Below are positions 37,621-50,110 of a stretch of DNA of 64,000 nt, piece by piece. The number at the start of each line of letters is the position of its first letter. Position 1 is the stretch's first letter. A program made the translations under genes and the position numbers. The notes beneath the pieces are model-generated. The model saw nothing but the letters and a program-made list of their open reading frames with translations, made no database searches and had not been told where the DNA came from. The DNA is from Marsupella aquatica (taxonomy: Eukaryota; Plantae; Marchantiophyta), in contig OZ316895.1 in assembly GCA_973895155.1 (NCBI GenBank), positions 6,440,136 to 6,504,135 of the forward strand, given 5' to 3'.

Positions 37621-38364
37621 GTCACGTGCTCTTCCTCCTACTCCTCTCTTTGCCCCTCAAACCACCGCGGTGATCCTCGTACTTCAAGTTCCACGTCTTG
37701 TCAACAACGAATATTGATGAATTGCACTTGGTGCCGTCACCAAGTCCAACAAGGTAATTGATTTTGCTTAGCCTTCCTCTTCGCATCAAAGAGCCAATCC
37801 CGGACTCAAAACAATCGTCTTGCCTCAATCTCTCCGTTGAGTCAAAACACTTGACGCTTCTCCCTCCGAGTTGATTGCCACGACAAGAAACCCCGATCAG
37901 GCAAAAGAGGACTCCATAGCCGGTCAGAAAATCAGAATGCTTCTTTTGCTCGTCCCGTCGCACACGATACACACTTGGTGATAAATCAGCTACCAAAATA
38001 AACAGCTCATCCCGATCTACAAGCAGAGCTACAGCATGTGATGCCTCCTTCGCCGTAGAGCTCAAACCATCGAGAAAACAAACTCTGGTCCCTCCTCTGA
38101 AAAACCGTCGAACACGAATGTTGCCAACTTTCTTCACAAAATCCAGAATGACAAAAACTTAGATTTCTCTGCACCACGAGCTTCGTTCAATGATTTCTTC
38201 ACACCGTTAGAAAGCTCTTGCCCCGATCTATCCGTTGAGCCTATAAACTCCAAATTCCATGCGATGGAACTCCGGGAAATCCACCGACACTCAACACTGG
38301 AAAAAACCATCATGAAATCCTATCACAAACACACGTCACCTCCCAGGCATGCTCTGATACCAAT

Positions 38365-38709
38365 TGTTGAGCATAGACGACGATCGCAACGGCAAGCCCA
38401 TGAACCATCCAACGCACAATAGTTGACAAAGAGAGATACGTGGTTCACCTCCACATGAGGCTACGTCCACGGGAACACACAAGAGCTTTACTGCACTCTA
38501 GGCCGACCGGCCATACCAAGCATCCACAGCACAAGCTCTCCCTATCTCTCAACTGGCTCCGTAACAATGAGCCTGAGTTCCACCTCTCCAAGCAAACACC
38601 GCTTGGTTATAGAGTGTGCACAACATGACTAACCTAACCAAGTTTGTGACTAAGGTTAGTCTTAACTACGGTATATTCGTAACTCTAGACCTAAGAGTAA
38701 ATCCTAACA
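38365..38709 (-). repeat. Copia 5' LTR
   Basis: Adjacent to the PBS; TG..CA ends. Confidence 0.95.
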
Positions 38710-39289
38710 CATGGATGCCTCCCCACCACCTGCAAAGTTTTTAGGCCTTGGACCCCCTAAATGTAAGAAAAAAGGTTATTTTTCAACCCCTATAAAGTTA
38801 AAATATTCTTGGAATATTCCAAAATTTTGGTTATAGGGACCCTAATATTCTTATAAGCCCGCTTATAAATCTCAAAATCGGATTTAAAATGGGATTTAAA
38901 AGACCATATTGTTCTTCTCAAAAAATTCTTAAGTATTCCCTTCAAACCAATAAAATGACCCTATACTTTGTCGCATGTGATATGCCATTTTTGTGAAAGT
39001 GAAACCCCCGAGAACCTATATGATTCCTCGGGGCTAAAAGTTATGAACAAAAACCAAACCATTCAATTTCACGTCTCTAACTAGAGCAAATCATAACTAA
39101 GCCATAAGCTAATATTTAGAAATGAGCAAGAGAAAATATAAGTTATTACAACGGCTGTTAAGAAAACCCTACTTGTGATGCAATTGCAAAACCGGCAACA
39201 CGTCATAGTGACAGGAAAAAACTTTCCAAATGAATCCCTTTGATAAAGGAGATCACCTAGACTGACATCTTTTATCAAAATGATTTCTT

Positions 39290-39900
39290 TGGAGAGTTTT
39301 TTTAGACATTGTGACGTGTTGCAGGATTTGAAATTGCATCACAATTAAGTAGGGTTCCTTAAAAAACACATTTGGAAAAAAAGTTTTCCTTCAAATTTTG
39401 AAGGCTTAATTTTTTTTTTCATTTTCTTTCTTTTTTGCATCGCAACTTGGCGGCCTCTCTAAGATGAGGTGGTAGCTGATATCAGGTACACTGATGAAAG
39501 TGACTGATAACTGATGAGATTACTTATCTCTTGTTCATTCCTATGTATTAGGCTAGTTGTGGCTTAGTTTTGGTTTGCTCCAATTAGAGAGGGGATACCA
39601 GTAAATGTTTGCTTTTTGTCCATAACTTCCTATTGAGGAATCATATAGGTCAGCATTATTACCCTCCCTTAGACCAAAGTTAAGGGGAAGATTGTTAGGC
39701 ATTTACTCTTAGGTCTAGGGTTACAATTTTAACCATAGTTTGCTTAACCTTAGTCACAGACTTGGTTACGTTAATCCTGCTATGCATGCACACTCTATAT
39801 ATCCCAAGTGATGTTTGCTTGGATAGGAGTAACTCAGGCTTATTGTTACAGAGCCAATTGAGAGATAGGAAGAACTAGCTTGTATTGTGGAGATTCGATG
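39290..39900 (+). mobile_element. Inverted degenerate Copia 3' internal region + PPT + partial LTR
   Basis: ttaccctcccttagacc..aaggggaagat-tgttaggcatttactcttaggtctag.. is the reverse complement of the PPT/LTR junction at ~24720-24780. Confidence 0.78.
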
Positions 39901-40615
39901 ACATCTTGTGTTGTGAAAAGTCATCTCTTGTGTATAAAAATCTGAACCTACCATACCAACCTGAACCCATCTTTCTAAAGGATAAACTGTTGGACCCTAT
40001 TTGTCATCATATTTCCTTCCTAATGTTTATCCCCAATCTAATGCCAAATTAGGGGTGGCTTGCAAGACTATTGGAGGGTATTGCTTGTTTATGTTTACTC
40101 TGATATTAAATCTGGACCATAAAATAAGTGGAAATGGCTGGAGTTGGTCCTTGCAAGAACTCAAGGGGTCATTGACGTATGATTTCTACCAGACCTACAT
40201 AGCAAGAAGTGGACCCAAGCAATGACCCAATAAATCCTGTTGTGGAGTGCTGAGTTTGTCTAGAATTTAAGACCACCTCCCAAAACTCAGTGAAAAACTA
40301 TACCCCATCATGACCTCGATACAATCAAAACACAAACCAAGACAAGGTATTAGTGACCCACAAACCAAGTGGTGCAAACAAATGTGTGCCTTGTTTATGT
40401 TCTGGCAGACGTAAGCAGGTGCTAGATTTAGTGCGTACTCAAAAGTGGTCCATTCAAACATTTCCAAACTTTGGCTTTGCATTAATTATACCTCATTCCA
40501 AAAGCTTTTTTATCCCATTTTTGATCTGGAGTCTATCTTAAGAACAAGAAGTGGTCCTTCGGCTTTCGTTGGGCAAATAGTATCAATCACAAGTACCATT
40601 TACTTCTTGTGAGGA

Positions 40616-40880
40616 CTGTTGAGTATTGCTCTTAGTCTTGTGACTCTAGAGCTAACCATAGTTAGGCTAACTTAGGTTAGGACTTAGCTTAGTTAGCAGT
40701 GATGCATGCTGTATATAACCAGGGCTGATGCCAGCCCTTGATGGATCTTCAATTCATTGTTGGAGTGGGCAAGAGAGAAGTAAAGGTCTCTTGCTTTCCC
40801 GTGGACATAGCCTCAGTCGTGAGGTGAACCACGTACTCGTTGTGTTGACTACTTTGTATGGTGTTCACATGTGCATGGTG
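40616..40880 (+). mobile_element. Highly degenerate LTR remnant of the same Copia family
   Basis: tcccgtggacatagcctca..gaggtgaaccacgta matches the reverse complement of the LTR segment tacgtggttcacctc..tgaggctacgtccacggga. Confidence 0.6.
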
Positions 40881-41586
40881 TCTCGGGATAGGGATTATCC
40901 CCGACAAGGACACCCTCAGGTTGGAAAGTTAGAACTAGCTTTACAAGTATTTAACATATTTTAACTAGGTCACTTGTGAGTCAATGTGATCTCTATTATG
41001 ATGATTCCCTTACATGTTCTACATTTAAGTAGCAATATTTAAACTCATTAGATATGATATGTTGGATCCTTCATCAATCCAAATACGTAGTTTACAGCTT
41101 TCAATGTACCCTACTAACATGAGGAAGAGTCCAAAATTTCTAGTAGAAAAGTTAGAAAATGATGCTCTAATGGGCCAACCCCATGAACATTGCAACCCCC
41201 AATCATGGACCGTGACACATTTTACACCTTCAATCGTTGAGAACCTCTTGTTCACCAAAAATCTTTCAACAACAAAGTTTGACCTTCAATGTCTGTATTT
41301 CTATCCAAATGGAATAGGCTCTTCTTAGTCTCATTAGATGCAGCTTGGAAGGAATTGTCTAACAAGTCTCAATTCATTAATTTGGGGAAGAAATTGTGAT
41401 TTCTAAACTCGTTTCTAAAGAATATCCATTATGTACAATTATAAGTTTTTGAGCATTTAACTTTGATTTTCAGTCTCCCTTGATATCCAATGGAGACTGA
41501 TTGTTTGAGTTCATTAGAAACTGCTTGGAAAAATCTGTTCAAGAAGCCTAATATAGTCAAATTCATTGAGACTAAGAGACTTGCAT

Positions 41587-41882
41587 CTCAGGGGTCTCAC
41601 TACATGGATGCCTCCCCATCCCCTACGACATTTTTAGGCCTTGGACCCCCTAAAATGTAAGAAAAAGAAATTTTGTTTCAACTATAAAGTTATAATATTT
41701 TTGGAATATTCCAAAAAATTGGTTTAAAAGAAGACCCTAATATTCTTACAAGTCTCAAAATTGAATTTAAAAGACCCTATTGTTATTCTGCAAAAATTCT
41801 TAAGTATTCTTTTCAAACCAATAAAATGACCCTATTCTCATCACACGTGATGTGCCATTTTTATGGAAGTGAAACCCCAGAG
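41587..41882 (+). mobile_element. Intact MITE with 15-bp TIRs and 8-bp TSD (hAT- or MULE-like)
   Basis: Ends ctcaggggtctcact / agtgaaaccccagag; TSD acttgcat at 41579-41586 and 41883-41890. Confidence 0.88.
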
Positions 41883-43669
41883 ACTTGCATATTTCTAACA
41901 TGACTTGCTGGTTTGATGTATACCACAAGCCCATTGCCTGTACACTGCACAATGTTGTGAGGGTTGTTGTTATAGTCATTTGATTGTTGAAATCAATTTA
42001 TCATTGTGGCCATTTCATTCTTGCACCATTGGGTCCTTTCATTGGTCAATGATATTGTTGCAAAAACGAATCTAAGATTTAGGGGTCATGTAAGTTGGGA
42101 AAAATACTTCAGAGAGAATAGAAAAAATAAGAAAAAAAATTCCCTTCTCAAATGAATGGACTTAAATTCTATTTCACTCTTCCATGAATAATATATATTT
42201 AACTTCTATCATTGTGCTTTATGTGAATGGGGGCCAGCAGATGTTCAAATGTTTTAAATGTAATGCAGGGCCTAGTTAGATTTCTTTCTAGGCCCACCTA
42301 CCCATGATAGCCACATGTCAAGTCAACACTCAGCTTCAAGGACTTTGAGATTGGAGTCTTTTGTATGGATTCCAATGTGTGAGTCTAGGATGCAGGTGCA
42401 TCTATGCCCCAAGCTAGGATTTCCCATTTATTCTTCCTTTCACCGGGATCTTCTGGCTAGAAAAATAAATGATTTATATATCCAACAATCATAAATAGTT
42501 CTCTCCTCAAGTGCATTTTGTAAACAGAGACTAAGGGGAAGTTGGGGGGTGGGTGGCTGGGATTGGATAATATAGTGTTTAATTATTATATGAGTAGGAA
42601 AGAGGGTTTCGCTGCAATCCATCCATCGAGCAAAAAGCCTATCCCGAGCTTGCAAAAGCCTACCCAAGTATTTCAGCAGACATAGAGGTCGATCCTGGCT
42701 TTACTTTAAGATAAGTTATAGTGGTCACTTGTAAGAAGTGCACGCAATACTTAGACCATTTGGATACACATACTTTATAATCATTCTTAATATCCCCATT
42801 TTTACTAAGAAAAAAACAACACTTAATATCCCCATTTTTACTAAAAATCAAATGATTTGTTTTTCTCAAATTGGATCTAAAGTGAATCAGATCCCCTACA
42901 GTCATCTCAAACAAGTCAGAGTTGCGTTTCAATCATGACATATATATTCAATTAAAAAATGGGGAAGCATTTCACCAAAGGCAGTGGGCGATCCTTAGAC
43001 CACAACTCCTCGTACAAGAGCCTCCGGAGGCTCCAGGTTACCTAGAGGGGCCGCTCAATCAAAAACTATTCCTGCCTCAAAGAATGCAAAGTGCTCTCTG
43101 CACCTCCCAACAATGATCAGGTTTGCACTCGCCCCTGCCTTGGCCTTGCACCTATTCTCTACCATTTGATGCAATCCAGGGCACAAAAGAAAGTTCTCAA
43201 CAAGATCTATGGTTGGCAAAAAATTCTAACCAAAACCATAAAATATAAGTAAATTGGTTGTTGGTCCAACGGACGTCCGTCCCTTGCCCATATTGTTCAC
43301 TTTGTGAGAATCCTGAATGCATCTAATGTCATACATTGTATGAAAAAGGCGTTTATACCTGGAGAGGTTGATTATTTAGTACTGTCTTAACCAAGAACTG
43401 TGCCTAAATCTGAAAAATGTAAAGGTGGTAATGTGGTAAATCCCATGAGTATCATCAGCCCCTCTTTGACCCCCTATGTAGTTTATTCCGGACCTAAACT
43501 AGGCCTTTCAGTTTGTACTTCCAACTCTTGGGCTTGTTGGCTCTTTGGTCTTCCCTATTTTTCCCATTGTTTTCCCTCCTTCATTGAGTTTCTTGCCTTT
43601 GGGATACTTTATTAAAGGCGTTTTTTTATTCTTTTGGTTACTATACACAAGAAAGTGCCTAAATCATGA

Positions 43670-44312
43670 AACCTTTTAGTATTGATCGACCTGTTCCCCA
43701 AACTTGCCGGTACTATCAACCTACCGAAAACTATTTTAATTTGTAAGTTAAGCCCCATTTTGTATGTGGGTTACTCTAACTCTTGTACTTAAGCCAAAGT
43801 TACTCTGAGTGAGTCATTTCCCACATGGCAAGGTGCTATTGGCCCCACAATGGTAGGGGCCAAGCCGGCCTGAGTCTGTTTTTTGAAACAGGCTGGAGGG
43901 GAAGGAGCCGGGGCACGAGAAAGGGAGACCAGGAAGGAGCGGTGGCCCGGTCATTGACCTGAATTTGCCGAAACAGCAAGGTGGGGAGTAAACCGGGGTC
44001 AGGCCTGACTTTGCGCAACATGAAGGAGCTGGCCCTGTTCTCCCACACTTCCCATAACAGGGATGAGCCAGTCTGGGTCAGGGTATTACCAGCTGCAGTT
44101 TGGCAAGGCCAGTAGCACCTTGCCACATGTGCAGACAACCCATGCGGATTGACCTCAAGTTAAGCACAAGAGTTAGAGTAATCCATAGACCTTACCATAG
44201 GAGGGTCAAAGTAGGAATTAAAATAGTTTGAAGGACACGTGGATAATAACGGTCACTGTGTGGGACAGGTTACTAAACAACGGTATCACTTCAAGGTAAA
44301 GGACTAAAGGTA
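43670..44312. mobile_element. Foldback/MULE-like MITE with long imperfect inverted repeats
   Basis: ggttactctaactcttgtacttaa (~43769) pairs with ttaagcacaagagttagagtaatcc (~44160); tggcaaggtgctattggcc (~43825) pairs with ggccagtagcaccttgcca (~44107); acctgttccc pairs with gggacaggt. Exact ends are uncertain. Confidence 0.65.
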
Positions 44313-45329
44313 TGGCAGAGCTATGCGGGCTAGCGTTCTACAGATGAATAGGAGTGGAGACCTATACTGTTGTGTTCCAAATATGAATTGTGGAGACACC
44401 TTAGTGGCGCAATTGTCGACCGAAATCGGCAGGAGAAACCCCCATCGAAAGCACTTTCCACCAGTAAGCACCTCGATCTACACTAGTTGGCTAGTTGCAG
44501 CCCATCCGGTCGGTCTTCGCTTCTGAGAACTTACTACTGATGAGTGACGAGACTCTGCTCCTGCCAATAAGAAGTGGGCTCCATCTTGATTCTTGCACAA
44601 TTTCGGCGGGCTTCGATGGAGTCGGAACTGGATGTCAACTTTCAAAGAATCGAAGCTGCCCACAGCTCAGTGCGCATTTAAGGACGATGACGACGTGGGT
44701 GAATTTCCGATTCACACTTTAGCGAGCATGCCGAGCAAATGTCGCAATGAAGGATGAAGTGCAGTAGAAAGCGGGAGTGAACAGAGAGGTGGGGCTCAGA
44801 CCTATCACCGTCCGGGTGTCCTTAGCGGAATGCCGCTGTGAGAATGATGCGTCGGTAGCGGAATGATGAACTTGAATAGAGCATGTATTTGAATTCTGTC
44901 CAGTAAAGTACTGCAGCTGGGCAAAGATCTGCTGATCAGCGCTACTGAAGCTGCCGCGGGGCATGCCGGCAAGGGTTTTGTGCGTGAAAGAAGTGTAATG
45001 CAAGTGAGTGGCATTCAGACTTTTCTACATCCCGCAGATGTTGGCAGATGTTGTCGGCACGCCGGCAGTTCGTCAGTTTTGGCTAGGAGTGGTTCATAGC
45101 AATGGGCGTATGAAATTCGTTGGCCCGTATTGATCTCTTCCGAGTGCAGGCATCAATTGTTCTTGTGTCGCTTTCTCTCAGTAAGCTGCAGGCATTACCC
45201 TTCTTTATGTCATGGGTGTGATAGTGTGAGAGGAACGACAGGATTCGCAAGAAAATTTGGCCTTTGTTATGAGCTGCGGTAGAAGTTTGCACCCTCTCGG
45301 GTCGCACTTGAGACAATGCAGAAGGGGAC

Positions 45330-47165
45330 ATGGAGATTCAGGAGGGTTGTGAACGACCTCCGGTAGCTTTCCGTTGTCTAGCCTTACTATCCTTTAGGGA
45401 AGTGGGTTTTTTGAGTTGGCCTTCTCTCTTGTTCAGATCTGGAGTGGTCGCATTGGGTTTAAATGAGGGGGTTTTGTAGCTAGTAAGCGATGAAGTGTTG
45501 ATTTTTTGTGTTCATGGTCAGTCTTTACTGAATCTTGTTTCCTTATTCAGGTCATCTCTTCCGAAACCGTGTCGATGACGAATGACTTCTTCTGGTCGGA
45601 GAGCGATGAGCCCCATGCTACACGTAGGAAGGAGATCTTAGCAGCACATCCGGAAGTCAAGAAGCTCTTCGGGCCAGATCCGTGGGCGGCTACTAAGGTG
45701 ACCTCGCCCGCATTCATGCCCTTTTTGTTAGTTCCATACACGCTCAAAGATGTCAGTCTTGGTAATGGCATGGAAAATGCAGCTGTGAGACTGGCCTGGT
45801 CCCAAGATTAGAGGCAATCGAAGAGTTCAGTCACCTCACTTGGCCGCACAGAGTCTCGCAATGCAAGAGAATAGTGGTTCAACGTAGCTCAATGGCAGGG
45901 GACAGGGCGTACAAGCGATACGGCGACTAAAGAGCTCTCAAAAGACTTTGTAGTCGGCTTTCCTTAAAACTGTACTGAATGAACGGAAAGGTAGTGACGG
46001 GATTGTGAGACGGGTAGCTTTTTATGGAATCCTGTCAACTTCAGTGGTAGAGGCATCTGTCATCCGGTAATCACCCTCCTTGTTTTGGTAATGGACATCA
46101 TTGAGCTTTTCAACCGTCTCGTCTTAATGCTTGGTGAGTCCTGAATGTGGGTCGGGATCTGTTTGGGTGCCGAAACTTTCAGTCTCGATTATGTGTGTTC
46201 TTGCTTTTGATTTTCCAACCCAATATCTGGATTAAGTGGATAGCTGAAATACATTTCTCCACTGGCAGACATTTTTTCCTACACCGGAACTGCATCTGAT
46301 GTAGTTCTTGCTTGCGTTGCAGATCAGCATTGTAGTAGTCCTCCAACTATCGACGGCGGCCTGTGTCAGCAATTCAAGATGGTGGACTATCTGCCTTGTA
46401 GCGTACTTCTTTGGTGCATTTTTGAACCATAATCTGTTCTTAGCCATACATGAGCTAAGCCACAACCTTGCTCTTCAAAATCCCACTTATAACCGCCTTC
46501 TTGGAATTTTTGCCAATCTTCCTATTGGCATTCCCATGTCTGTCACATTCCAAAAATATCATCTTGAACACCACAGATACCAAGGAGTGGAAGGCATGGA
46601 TATGGACATCCCCAGTTATGCCGAAGGGCGAGTTGTGACCAATACTCTCTGCAAGGCAGTCTGGGTTCTGTTCCAGCTGTTTTTCTATGCACTACGGCCA
46701 GTTTTCATGAACCCGAAGAAGCCCGGAGCTTGGGAGTTTGGGAACCTGTTGGTACAGCTGTCACTAGATGCGGTCGTGGTGTATTTTTCGGGTTGGAAGG
46801 CCTTGGCATATCTTATAATCTCCACCTTTGTTGGGGGTGGCATTCATCCAATGGCAGGCCACTTCATCTCAGAACATTATGTGTTCTCCAAGGGGCAGGA
46901 GACTTATTCATATTATGGACCCCTGAATATTCTTACTTGGAATGTGGGATATCACAATGAGCATCATGACTTTCCAAGAATTGCAGGGTGCAGATTACCG
47001 AAATTGAAGGAAATGGCTCCAGAATTCTACGAGGGCCTGGCTTGTCATAGATCCTGGTTAGGTGTGATATTCAAGTATATCATGGACCCAACTGTCGGGC
47101 CCTTCAGCCGAATGATGCGGAAGCCACGACGGCAGAGCAATGTGAAGCCAGAGAAGCTCGAGTAG
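45330..47165 (+). CDS. DES1: Sphingolipid delta-4 desaturase (DES1-like)
   Basis: Exons 45551-45697 ([19 protein letters not shown], Lipid_DES motif) and 46323-47165 with His boxes HELSH, HLEHH and HNEHH. The short first exon 45330-45362 is inferred from phase; ATG at 45575 is an alternative start. Confidence 0.93.
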
Positions 47166-48368
47166 CCGATGGTTCACAGTGGACTTTGCTCTCCATTTCT
47201 GAGTATGTTCCCGAAGAGTCTTCATCTGAGGATTGACTTGTGTATCCTTGAGAAAATCTATGATCACATTGTAGCACGATCATAATTGGAAATTAGCTGC
47301 TTTAGATAGACAGCTGCTTTTCGGAGGCCATTTGGCACCTATTTAGGAAGTCATTTATTCTTTGCCATGGAAAACCTGTTTGTTTTCAGATCATAATGCC
47401 CTTGATATGGTTGAGTAGTTTCAAAATTAAGATATGTTGAACAAACACCAGCGCCCTCAGAAATCTGAGGTGCTTGCGCTTATGACATCCCAAAAGCTCG
47501 GTGGATATAATAAATTACTTGATTTATTCTATCAGCACCAGTCTTGTCATGGCATGAATTTCTGGTGCCTGTGAGGGCTCGAAAATCTGAATGTCCGCAA
47601 AATTGTAGTCCTGCAGAGTCTGGTTCTCTTCCTGGTCTGAAAGGATTGAGGCTTGTCTACAATTTGTCTCGAATTTGCTTTCAGCCGAACTTACTTCGAT
47701 TAAGAGTGGAACAGTAGCTCCAAATTGTGTTCGAAATTGAAGGGTTCGTTAAGTTAGTTCCTTCTTCTGTTTGTGTTACCACATGAGCTCTACAGGCTCG
47801 GATTGATGAAAGTCTGTCTGTCGACCCCTTCACCTCTAGCTCTAATGACGATTTGGTTGTAAAGTAACCCACTGAACATCATGTTGCCAGAAACGTTTAG
47901 AAACAGAGCCATGTACTTAATGGATGAGGTGTAGCAGAACTGTATAATATTTTTCAGAGTCGATACACCTCCGTGGAACTTAGAACTTATGTCCAGGGTC
48001 AATAGTGATTTATTTTGTTTTTGATTGAATGCTACGTGTGACAAATAGACTATGAACTGAGAAGAGATACTGTATAGCCATTTTTAGAGTTTCTCTTCTA
48101 GTTTATACTTTTTGCCGTTGCGTCATTACGACTCTCTTGTATGAACTTCGCCTTAACGATTTTGAGTTTTGTCACGTTTTCGACCTTTGTTGAAAGCTCT
48201 CTAGCATCTGCATGGCAAGGATGTGAATACCACAAAAAACTGGTTTTGTTTTGTCATCCTCGAGACAATTCTTCTCATTGAATTTGGTTTTTGCTTCCGT
48301 TGTATCTATTCGGTAGACAATCGGATCGATAGAAAATCTGATTTCTAGGTTTCAACCTTGCAGTGCCT

Positions 48369-48563
48369 TGAATACTAAACAAATCAAGTTATTTATTCTG
48401 CTCCTTTGTGATCCTTCGAGACAAATCCTTTTGGCCACCCCCAAGCTTGTAATTGAGACAAATCTTATTACTGAATTTGTGCCATGAATACTAAACAAAT
48501 CCAATTATTTCTTCAGCTCCTTTGTGATCCTTCGAGACAGTTTTTTGGCCACCCGCAAGCTTG
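48369..48563 (+). repeat. ~116-bp-period imperfect direct repeat
   Basis: tgaatactaaacaaatc..gctcctttgtgatccttcgagaca..ttggccaccc.caagcttg at ~48369 and ~48485. Confidence 0.8.
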
Positions 48564-48838
48564 AGTAGTTGGGAAGAAGGTCTGCATGGAAATGAGCCAA
48601 CACATGTGAAAGTTGTGTTCTATACCTGCTTACAAGCCCTCCCGAGAATCAAAGAAAGAGCCAGTCATGTGTTCTTGCTTCTGCTGAATACGTTGGAAGA
48701 GGAGGCCATCTTTGGAAGAGCCTGGGGAAACGTTTGCGAGAATGAAATATTTGTGTCTAGGTCTGACTAATGTCTACGCCTTTCGGCCTCCCCAATGCCA
48801 GACACAACAATACTGTCACGGTGACGTAAGATTGTCCA

Positions 48839-50110
48839 ATGAAGTCACAGACAAGCTCGATCCCTTTCGGCCTCCCCAATGCCAGACAGGGCCAAGCTGT
48901 AGCTCCTAGCTCCATGGATGCCACATGGATGCATTTCGGTGCCAGGATCGATCGTGTCTGTGAGCGCTACTTTCGCAACTTTGACTTTGAGTTTGCAACA
49001 CCGATAACGCGTGCACGAACGCTACAGAAGGCAAGCTGCACTGTTTGGAAACAGTATGTGTTTCGCAATTTGGGGAGGTAACTCTGGTCCGCAGTATCCG
49101 TGGTTGATGTTTACGTGCTGACAAACGAGTAGATCAGGCCAGCCTGTGAACCTATCTTGATTGATGGTTTGGGTAATCGTTTCAGCCTATCGATATCCCG
49201 CCGGTAAAGTTGGACAGGAGAGTGTTCTGTAGTCGGGACGGGAGCTCAATTTTTTTCGTTGATCTGCACTTCGAGCGTTTGAGAGCATTCCTTTGAATCG
49301 ATACCTATTTTCAATTCATTGAGGGCTGTCCGTCGGAAATTGTCTTCATTTGGCTCGGGAGTATCCTCAAACTAATTCAGGCGGAAGGATGTGCTGCATT
49401 TGTTTTCCTGGATTCTGTTCCGAATGCTGTCAGTTCCTTCGATTTACCTGTTGTACTCGTTTCAAGCGTGTTGAGACAAACGAGACTGTGGTCTTCAGGG
49501 CACATGTACCCGGTACGTATGGTAACCAGCCTGCTCATGGTTCCTGGCCCTCATGATTTGAATCGATGTTTATGACATGCCGAGATCCAACGCACTAACT
49601 TGTAGTCCGAGCTCCATATTTAGTTTTCTGTTTGGCTTGAAGAGAGCTCACTGAAATGATCACGTGTCGCGCTCATAAGTCGTTCTCATGTCATCAATCT
49701 CGTCTGAGGCAGCCCGCTAGAGATTTTCCCAGTTGTAATTGGTTATCAGAATCACTCATAAGCTAGCTTGGATCAGTGCCCGTCGTGCTGGTAGCATCTG
49801 ACTGGATAAATTCTCGAGCATTGAAAGGAACTTCCCACGGTATGCATTCACTGATGCAGGGATAAGTGTGGACGAGATTCAAGTTCAAGTCGAATCAGGG
49901 AATTTGTTGAGAGTTGTTGGAAATCGTTCCAGCCACAGAGTCTACTCGAGAGGTTCCTCAACCAGGACAGAGACATCGAGCGGTCAGTTCGTCAAATTGT
50001 ACAAGCTCCCGGATAATATCCTGGCGCAGGAGGTGCGAGTTGAACTAGACGAAGATGGATTCGTCACTATCACCGTTCCAAAAGCAAAGGTGGAAACAGA
50101 AAGCAGCTGA
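48839..50110 (+). CDS. Small heat-shock / alpha-crystallin-domain protein (divergent, intron-containing)
   Basis: Exon ~49468-49511 (VETNETVVFRAHVPG) splices to ~49859-50110 (ISVDEIQVQVESGNLLRVVG..GQFVKLYKLPDNI..DGFVTITVPK). The N-terminal exon (48839-~49077) could not be phased cleanly. Confidence 0.65.

Larger units (their letters stand above)
24399..38709 (-). mobile_element. Ty1/Copia LTR retrotransposon (Tnt1/Tork-like), disrupted by a CACTA insertion
   Basis: 345-bp TG..CA LTRs at 24399-24743 and 38365-38709 (8 mismatches); TSD catgg at 24394-24398 and 38710-38714; tRNA-Met PBS (tggtatcagagc, minus strand 38351-38362); PPT next to 24743; domain order gag-PR-INT-RT-RH. Confidence 0.97.
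24378..39012 (+). mobile_element. ~0.3-kb MITE with 8-bp TSD, split by the Copia insertion (24378-24398 + 38715-39012)
   Basis: Ends cttaggggtctcact / agtgaaacccccgag; TSD aacctata at 24370-24377 and 39013-39020. An uninterrupted sister copy is at 41587-41882. Confidence 0.88.

Noticed and set aside
37622-38137. 171-aa ORF in the Copia 5' leader
   Set aside because: It has no domain features and lies in the untranslated leader between the PBS and gag.
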